A stretch of 32,000 bases of DNA from an uncultured Clostridia bacterium (GTDB taxonomy: Bacteria > Bacillota > Clostridia > Christensenellales > Aristaeellaceae), in assembly GCA_937886445.1 (NCBI GenBank), contig CALGBY010000022.1, positions 15,845 through 47,844 on the forward strand, written 5' to 3'. Below are positions 26,708 to 32,000 of the stretch, one piece after another. The notes below the pieces were generated by a model that was not told the origin of the DNA, did no database searches, and was given only the letters and a program-made list of their open reading frames with translations. Within the stretch, counting starts at the first letter, position 1. The number at the start of each line of letters is the position of its first letter. Both the position numbers and the translations under genes were made by a program.

Positions 26708-27811
26708 TTATTTTTCGGCCGGAGCCTGCTTCGCGATGGAGGAATTTTTGTAGGCGGGGTCTTCGGAAATGTCCTCAAGCATCGTGATGAAGGGGGGAAT
26801 GACAACGGTATCATCCTTACCGGTCAGCTCCTGCTTCAGGATGGCCTGCTTTTTCCAGAAGGGATAGATATCCACCTCGTAATAGTGGCCGTCCCAGGTG
26901 AAGCAGTAGCGTGTTTTGCGCAGCTGGTGGTAGGTGGTATCAGCCTCCATCAGCAGCCTCAGGTATTCAAATTCGCTCAGGCGCTGTTCCAGCTCGATAC
27001 GCTTTCCGTCGGCTCCGGGGCGCTTGGTGTTTTTGAAATAAATGTAGCTGCCGTTCAGGCCGCGCTGGCGCACGCGGATCTTTTCATCGGGGCCGGAGCG
27101 CAGATAGGTCTGTATGATCTCCACCTTGCGGCAGGAGGGATCGTTTTCCAGCTTTTCCGCATCAGGCATGGAAATGAGGAATTTTTTGAAGGTGTCGTAG
27201 GGCAGAGGCTCGCCGAGGAAAGCGGAGATCTCGCTGATGAGCCGGTGCATTTTCTGATCAAAATCCGTCTCGTTGCCGATGACGCGCAGATGGGGATGCC
27301 CCGTCCAGGCGGCGATCAGCCTGTTATCCAGCTCCACAGCCTGCTCCGGCGTTTCTGTGCGCGCCACATTGTTGGCAAGCGTATAAAAGGCTTCCTTGCC
27401 CTTCGCGGCGGTTTCCAGGAAGAAAACGGCGTCATAGCTGTCGCGCAGCTCCGTTTCATCGCGGTGCACCGTGCGCAGCACCTGGGCAAACTCGCTGTCC
27501 GTCATATAGGCGCGGTTATCGATCGCGCCGCGGTCGCACACGATGAGCAGCTTTTCATCGCTCATGTGCCGGGCACCCTGCTCAAATATGCGCTCCTTTT
27601 CCAGCTGCAGCTTCATCTGGCACTTCTGGTAGTCCACATTGTGGATCACCGTCCACGGCGCGAGGCCGCCGCCGATCAGTTCGCTGGCGGTCTCGGGCAC
27701 AAAAAGCACCTTATAGCCCTTTGCGGTGAAGGCGTTCTGGATCCAGCTGAGCGCTGTGGTTTTGCCCGCGCAGGGGCCGCCTGTGATCACGATTTTGGTA
27801 ATTCTGCCCAT
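26708..27811 (-). CDS. AAA_28 (NadR-like P-loop ATPase) - CYTH domain fusion protein
   Basis: Start set at ATG 27811 (MGRITKIVITGGPCAGKTT, Walker A) with GGAGGA RBS. The C-terminal half shows CYTH features: FKKFLI, IIQTYL, IRVRQRG, RIELEQ, RKTRY, YEVDIY, DISEDPAYKNSSIA. The ORF-track N-terminal extension to 27967 starts at GTG without an RBS. Confidence 0.8.
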   Translation of the reverse strand: MGRITKIVITGGPCAGKTTALSWIQNAFTAKGYKVLFVPETASELIGGGLAPWTVIHNVDYQKCQMKLQLEKERIFEQGARHMSDEKLLIVCDRGAIDNRAYMTDSEFAQVLRTVHRDETELRDSYDAVFFLETAAKGKEAFYTLANNVARTETPEQAVELDNRLIAAWTGHPHLRVIGNETDFDQKMHRLISEISAFLGEPLPYDTFKKFLISMPDAEKLENDPSCRKVEIIQTYLRSGPDEKIRVRQRGLNGSYIYFKNTKRPGADGKRIELEQRLSEFEYLRLLMEADTTYHQLRKTRYCFTWDGHYYEVDIYPFWKKQAILKQELTGKDDTVVIPPFITMLEDISEDPAYKNSSIAKQAPAEK

Positions 27812-28135
27812 ACTGTCCTCCGGCTCAGAAACGGCGGCTGTTCCAGCATTCGTTGATGCTGCTGCCGTCCCGGTATGTGTTTTTTTCTTCGTCCGCGGAA
27901 GGTCTGCTTTCCGCTTCTTCCTTTTGCCTGCGCAGCCTTGCCTGCTTTTCAAATGCGGAAGGCACACGGCGCGGTCTTTCGGCCGTGCTGTTCTTATCTG
28001 CCATGCGATTTCCTTCCCTTGCTGTTTTACGGTCTATTATAGCCCCTTTTGCATGCGCATTTCAAGCCCTTTGCGCTTTTTTTGCAGGGCAGCTCCGCAA
28101 GAAGATATGCCGCGCAGAAAGAACGGCTGTCACGG

Positions 28136-28164
28136 TTGATTTTCCGCGGATGATCTGTTAAAAT
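28136..28164 (+). promoter_or_regulatory. Putative sigmaA promoter with extended -10
   Basis: TTGATT (28136-28141), a 17-nt spacer, then TGtTAAAAT (extended -10, hexamer 28159-28164), about 50 nt upstream of ATG 28216. Confidence 0.5.
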
Positions 28165-28215
28165 GGTATGCAAAGATACAGGCTTTGCAAATACATAAAT
28201 AAAGGAAAAACGGAA

Positions 28216-29601
28216 ATGAAATACGATGTCTGCATCATCGGCGCCGGCCCCGGCGGGATCTTTACCGCGCTGGAGCTGGTTAAAAACGCGCCGGAACTGA
28301 AGATCGCCGTGCTTGAAAAGGGAAACGAACTGGAAAAAAGAAAGTGCCCCATCGACGGGGTGAAGATCAAAAGCTGCGTACACTGCGAAAACTGCGCCGT
28401 GATGAACGGCTTTGGCGGGGCAGGCGCGTTTTCAGACGGCAAGTATAACATTACCAACCAGTTTGGCGGTACCCTGCATGAGCTGATCGGGCGTGAAAAG
28501 GCGCTGGAGCTGATGCGCTATGTGGACACTGTGAACATGCTTAACGGAGGAGAAGGCACGCGCCTTTATTCCACGGCGGATTCCGATGTGAAAAAGCTGT
28601 GCCTGCAGAACGGGCTGCATCTTCTGGACGCTTCCGTGCGCCATCTGGGAACGGATAAGAACTATATCGTGCTTTCCAGCCTGTACACGCAATTAAAGGA
28701 TAAGGTGGATTTCTATTTCCGAACACCTGCCGAGCGGCTTGAAAAATGCGAAAACGGCTACCGGATATACGCGAAGGACCGCTGCTTTGAGTGCGAAAAA
28801 TGCGTGGTCTCCGTGGGACGCAGCGGCAGCAAATGGATGGAAAAGGTGTGCGGAGAGCTGCATGTGCCCACCCGTTCGAACCGTGTGGATATCGGCGTGC
28901 GCGTGGAGCTGCCCGCTCAGGTGTTTGAGCATCTTACCGATAAGCTGTACGAAAGCAAGATCGTGTACCGTACCGAAAAATACGGCGATCTTGTGCGTAC
29001 CTTCTGTATGAATCCGCATGGCGCGGTCGTGCACGAAAACACAAACGGTATCGTGACCGTGAACGGGCACAGCTATGAAGACCCCGCCCTGCATACCGAC
29101 AACACCAATTTTGCCCTGCTGGTGGCCAAGCACTTTACCGAGCCCTTCAATGATTCCACCGCCTACGCGGAATCCATCGCCCGGCTTTCCAATATGCTGG
29201 GAGGGGGCGTGATCGTGCAGCGCTTCGGAGACCTGACACGCGGCCGCCGCAGCACACAGAGCCGCATTGATGACAGCTTTACAAGGCCTACGCTCAGCGC
29301 TACCCCGGGAGATCTTTCTCTGGTAATGCCCAAGCGCATCCTGGACGGCATCATCGAAATGATCTTCGCGCTGGATAAGATCGCCCCCGGTACGGCCAAT
29401 GACGATACGCTGCTGTACGGGGTGGAGGTGAAATTTTACAATATGCAGGTGGAAACGAACGGGGATCTTGAAACCTGCCATAAGGGGCTGTATGTGATCG
29501 GTGACGGCAGCGGCGTGACGCATTCCCTCAGCCATGCCAGCGCGAGCGGCGTGTATGTGGCGGGAAAGATAGCCGGCAAGGCGCGCGATGATCGTCGTTA
29601 A
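28216..29601 (+). CDS. FAD-dependent oxidoreductase (COG2509-like uncharacterised dehydrogenase)
   Basis: MKYDVCIIGAGPGGIFTALEL is a dinucleotide-binding GxGxxG motif, and C-terminal GDGSG...A.ASG is typical of this family. The start at 28216 is preferred because the predicted -10 lies at 28159-28164, so the TSS would fall at or beyond ATG 28168. Confidence 0.8.
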   Translation: MKYDVCIIGAGPGGIFTALELVKNAPELKIAVLEKGNELEKRKCPIDGVKIKSCVHCENCAVMNGFGGAGAFSDGKYNITNQFGGTLHELIGREKALELMRYVDTVNMLNGGEGTRLYSTADSDVKKLCLQNGLHLLDASVRHLGTDKNYIVLSSLYTQLKDKVDFYFRTPAERLEKCENGYRIYAKDRCFECEKCVVSVGRSGSKWMEKVCGELHVPTRSNRVDIGVRVELPAQVFEHLTDKLYESKIVYRTEKYGDLVRTFCMNPHGAVVHENTNGIVTVNGHSYEDPALHTDNTNFALLVAKHFTEPFNDSTAYAESIARLSNMLGGGVIVQRFGDLTRGRRSTQSRIDDSFTRPTLSATPGDLSLVMPKRILDGIIEMIFALDKIAPGTANDDTLLYGVEVKFYNMQVETNGDLETCHKGLYVIGDGSGVTHSLSHASASGVYVAGKIAGKARDDRR

Positions 29602-29640
29602 CGAAAACAGTATGTTTCTGTAAGAACGGCTATATAAATG

Positions 29641-29676
29641 GCCGCTGCAGCATTTCTTCTGCAGCGGCTCTTTTGC
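29641..29676 (+). terminator. Rho-independent terminator
   Basis: Stem gccgctgcag (29641-29650) / ctgcagcggc (29659-29668) with an 8-nt loop, followed by tcttttgcttt. Confidence 0.65.
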
Positions 29677-29830
29677 TTTCCGCGGGTTTATCCCGGGCAA
29701 TACCGCACAATTCGTCAGCACGCTGAACGATGTCTTTTTCACCATCTTGCAGAAATTTCAATTTACCGCTTGTAAACCTTCAATTTCTGCAGGCGAATCT
29801 GATGAAAAATTCACTCGCCATCGCACTAAC

Positions 29831-30721
29831 TCATTTGTGCGGTATAACCCTTGCTTTTTTGCGTACCGGCATCAGCTCGATATAGCCGCGTTCTCCGCGG
29901 GGCTCAAGCTGGATACGGGGGTTTTCCGTATCCCATTCATAGCCGATAAAGGCGGGATCGTACTTCTTTTCGGCATTCCGGATCTCCTGTATCGCCTGTT
30001 CGTAATCCTCATCCCGGAAGGGCTCGCCGCGGAACATAAGGTATTCCGCTTCGGGAAGCGTGATCACATCAAAGCCCTCCGGAACAGGGCCGTCATAGCC
30101 GATCTCCGCCTCCACGCCCTGCACATACTCGTTTTCGGCGGGACAGCGCAACTTTTCAGGCAGAAAAAGACATACAGGCTCCCCGCAGAGCGATCTCATG
30201 CTGGTAAGCAGCCCCCACACATCGCAGCCTACCTCCTCGCAGTAGGAAAAATACTCCTTCGCGCGTACGCCGCGCTTCAGGATCACTTTTCTTTCTTCCT
30301 TGCGGATCAGCTGCACAAACACCGTTCTTGTTTCACTCATCTGCTTTTTTCCTCCTTTGCTTTCAGCCAGCCAGGGGGTAAACAGCCACAGCGGAACGGG
30401 CGCGCGCGCGTATTCACCCGGATTGCAGCCAAACTCCGCCCGAAAGGCGCGCTGATAGCCTTCCGGCGAATTGTATCCCATATCCAGCGCTGCATCCAGC
30501 ACACTGCCCCTGCCGTCTCTCAGGATCAGGGCGGACCTTGAAAGCCGCAGCCGCCGGATATAGTGCGCGGGTGACAGACCGAGTACGGCAATAAACAGCT
30601 TTCTTGCGTAGGCCGGTGCATAGGCAACGCTTTTCGCGGCATTGTCAAATACATTTTCTTCACCGATGTGCCCGGCAATGTACTGCTGTATTTTTCTGAC
30701 CGCCGCCTCTCTTTCAGCCAT
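29831..30721 (-). CDS. AraC-family transcriptional regulator with GyrI-like effector-binding domain
   Basis: Start at ATG 30721 (MAEREAAVRKIQQYI...) sits 6 nt after GGAGGTG. N-terminal AraC HTH (...YARKLFIAVLGLSPAHYIRRLRLSRSA..., GYNSPEGYQRAFRAEFGCNPGEY) and a C-terminal ~150-aa GyrI-like domain. Confidence 0.85.
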   Translation of the reverse strand: MAEREAAVRKIQQYIAGHIGEENVFDNAAKSVAYAPAYARKLFIAVLGLSPAHYIRRLRLSRSALILRDGRGSVLDAALDMGYNSPEGYQRAFRAEFGCNPGEYARAPVPLWLFTPWLAESKGGKKQMSETRTVFVQLIRKEERKVILKRGVRAKEYFSYCEEVGCDVWGLLTSMRSLCGEPVCLFLPEKLRCPAENEYVQGVEAEIGYDGPVPEGFDVITLPEAEYLMFRGEPFRDEDYEQAIQEIRNAEKKYDPAFIGYEWDTENPRIQLEPRGERGYIELMPVRKKARVIPHK

Positions 30722-30824
30722 GACGCTCACCTCCTTCGCCCGAAGCATAGCACAGCCGCCTTCCTTTTTTCCCGACTTTTTTTGACAACCTTTCACCTGG
30801 AGCGGTTATTTTCCTTCAGGTCGT

Positions 30825-31334
30825 TCAGTCGGGAACAGCGGCTTCGGGGAAGCGCTCTCTCAGGTAACGGTTTGCCTCTTCGCGCGAGGTAAAGATGAAC
30901 ACCTGTCTGTCTTTCGCGTTTTCAAGCATGCGCAGCACACCGGGTCGGGAGTTCGCCCGGTATTCCATTACGAAACGCATAAATTCCTCATCCTCCTGCT
31001 CGGGCTCCGACCAGGGCAGGTCATCATGCTTTGTGCCCATTCGCTGCCGTATGCCGCTTATGCAGATATCGGTGCCGTAATCAAGAAAGTACACGGTGTC
31101 GCATCTGTCAAAGCGCAGCTGCATGGTGCCTGCGTAATTGCCGTCCAGGATCCAGCTTTCGTTTTCCATTACGGCAAGCTGGCGGCGGATCAGCTCCTCT
31201 CTGCCGACATTCGTGCGGTCGCTGTTCCAGTACATCCGGTCCAGATGCCATACCGGCGTGCCGCTGTATTGGCCGAGCAGCTTTGAAAAACGGGATTTTC
31301 CGCTGCCCGGGCAGCCGATGACCATTGCTTTCAT
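30825..31334 (-). CDS. P-loop NTPase, adenylate-kinase/topology-modulation (FlaR)-like
   Basis: MKAMVIGCPGSGKSRFSK (Walker A) with WILDG and YFLD motifs. 169 aa. GGGAGG RBS. Confidence 0.75.
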   Translation of the reverse strand: MKAMVIGCPGSGKSRFSKLLGQYSGTPVWHLDRMYWNSDRTNVGREELIRRQLAVMENESWILDGNYAGTMQLRFDRCDTVYFLDYGTDICISGIRQRMGTKHDDLPWSEPEQEDEEFMRFVMEYRANSRPGVLRMLENAKDRQVFIFTSREEANRYLRERFPEAAVPD

Positions 31335-31385
31335 ATCTGTACCTCCCTTCGGCAGAAATGCCGGTGACTGTGTGAAACAGGCTGA

Positions 31386-31421
31386 TAAAAAGCACCGGAC
31401 CGGTCAAAATGCCCGGCCCGG
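31386..31421 (-). terminator. Rho-independent terminator of the aminopeptidase gene
   Basis: On the minus strand: CCGGGCCGG - 9-nt loop - CCGGTCCGG (9 bp including one G-U pair), followed by TGCTTTTTAT. Confidence 0.55.
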
Positions 31422-31437
31422 CGGTATCATATGCTTA

Positions 31438-32000
31438 TCAGGCGTTCAGCATGAAGGCTTTATACGCTTTGACGGCCTCGTACAGGTCCGCCTTGCTGAT
31501 GATCTCCTCGGGAGCGTGCATGCTCAGCACGGCCACGCCGCTGTCGATCACTTCCATACCGTAAAGAGCGCAGATATAGGCGATGGTGCCGCCGCCGCCC
31601 ACATCCACCTTGCCAAGCTCCGCTGTCTGCCAGTTGACGCCGTTGTCATCCATGATCACGCGCAGACGGCCGATGAACTCGGCATTGGCATCGTTGCTGC
31701 CGCTCTTGCCGCGGCTGCCGGTGAACTTATTGTAGCATACGCCGCGCCCCAAAATGGCGGCGTTCTTCTTTTCAAAGGCGGATGCGTACAGGGGATCATA
31801 GCCCGCGGATACATCGCAGGAGAGCATACGGCAGTTTTTGAGCGCGCGGCGCAGCGTGAGCTCGCTGTAGGCGGGGCAGGTGAGGTTGATCATTTCCGCC
31901 ACGGCGTTTTCAAAATAGCGGGCGCGCATACCGGTGGCTCCCACGCTGCCGATCTCTTCCTTATCGGCCAGTAGGCAGCAGCAGGTGTATTTGGGGATAT
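31438..32000 (-). CDS. M18-type aminopeptidase (ApeA-like), C-terminal part; runs off window end
   Basis: The frame stays open to the window edge (...CCCLLADKEEIGSVGATGM...). Motifs DKEEIGS, GKVDVGGGGTIA and LSMHAPEE resemble zinc aminopeptidase family M18. The subfamily call is from memory only. Confidence 0.65.
   Translation of the reverse strand, partial: IPKYTCCCLLADKEEIGSVGATGMRARYFENAVAEMINLTCPAYSELTLRRALKNCRMLSCDVSAGYDPLYASAFEKKNAAILGRGVCYNKFTGSRGKSGSNDANAEFIGRLRVIMDDNGVNWQTAELGKVDVGGGGTIAYICALYGMEVIDSGVAVLSMHAPEEIISKADLYEAVKAYKAFMLNA

Noticed and set aside
26639-27856. 405-aa plus-strand ORF overlapping the AAA_28-CYTH gene
   Set aside because: It is an antisense shadow frame (Gly/Ala/Leu/Arg-rich, no motifs, starts inside the terminator). 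The minus-strand protein has Walker A and CYTH motifs.
27812-27967. N-terminal 52-aa extension of the AAA_28-CYTH ORF (ORF-track start 27967)
   Set aside because: The start codon there is GTG with no RBS, and the extension is Lys/Arg/Thr/Ala low-complexity. A GGAGGA RBS immediately precedes ATG 27811, which opens directly into the Walker A motif.
29747-29792. Inverted repeat tgcagaaatt / aatttctgca with a 24-nt loop downstream of the AraC-family gene
   Set aside because: I considered it as the terminator of the minus-strand gene, but the loop is large, the stem is AT-rich and no U-tract follows on either strand. It is probably insignificant, or at most a weak protein-binding site.
16244-31974. 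Other long shadow ORFs: 16244-16753(-), 17314-18219(-), 21035-21946(-), 23501-24163(-), 24587-25468(-), 28693-29745(-), 29747-30541(+), 31138-31974(+)
   Set aside because: All lie antisense to genes with strong family signatures in GC-rich DNA. Their translations are compositionally biased and lack start signals.
1-32000. CRISPR arrays, tRNA/rRNA genes, prophage or toxin-antitoxin/defence modules
   Set aside because: There are no regularly spaced short direct repeats and no cloverleaf-like or rRNA-like segments. No integrase, recombinase, nuclease or toxin signatures appear in any translated ORF. The only tandem repeats are the coding repeats in the giant gene.

Overview
This window looks like a moderately GC-rich Firmicutes/Clostridia chromosome; that taxon call is inferred only from gene content, GGAGG-type RBSs and GC. 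I saw no rRNA, tRNA, CRISPR array or intact mobile element.

(1) Positions 202-19446 hold a tightly packed, same-strand Wzx/Wzy-dependent capsule/exopolysaccharide locus.
- Conserved 5' module: a Wzz/CpsC-like modulator and a BY-tyrosine kinase.
- Strongly AT-rich variable cassette: a WbaP-like priming phosphoglycosyltransferase, three or four glycosyltransferases, two family-3 acyltransferases, one hexapeptide acetyltransferase, Wzy and Wzx.
- Nucleotide-sugar module: fnlA, fnlC, fnlB (UDP-L-FucNAc pathway) and galE.
- No CpsA/LCP protein or CpsB phosphatase lies in the window; they may be upstream.
- The sugar module is visibly scarred. It carries a ugd relic with an internal in-frame deletion plus a nonsense codon, a decayed 5' fragment and a diverged 3' fragment of a second fnlB allele that bracket fnlC-fnlB-galE, and a ~400-bp hairpin-rich insertion.

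(2) Positions 19642-26702 form an apparently co-transcribed five-gene block:
- an orphan IS66-TnpA-like HTH protein;
- a VanZ-like protein;
- a 1,534-aa protein with a cytoplasmic zinc ribbon, a single TM helix, about 30 TPR-like repeats and a C-terminal DUF6273-like domain;
- a small zinc-ribbon membrane protein;
- a CapA-like exported protein.

This block is the best candidate here for an uncharacterised envelope system.

(3) Positions 26708-32000 contain housekeeping or accessory genes: an AAA_28-CYTH fusion, a COG2509-type FAD protein, an AraC/GyrI-like regulator, a P-loop kinase-like protein and a partial M18-type aminopeptidase.

All family assignments come from motif recognition in the supplied translations. 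No searches were run.
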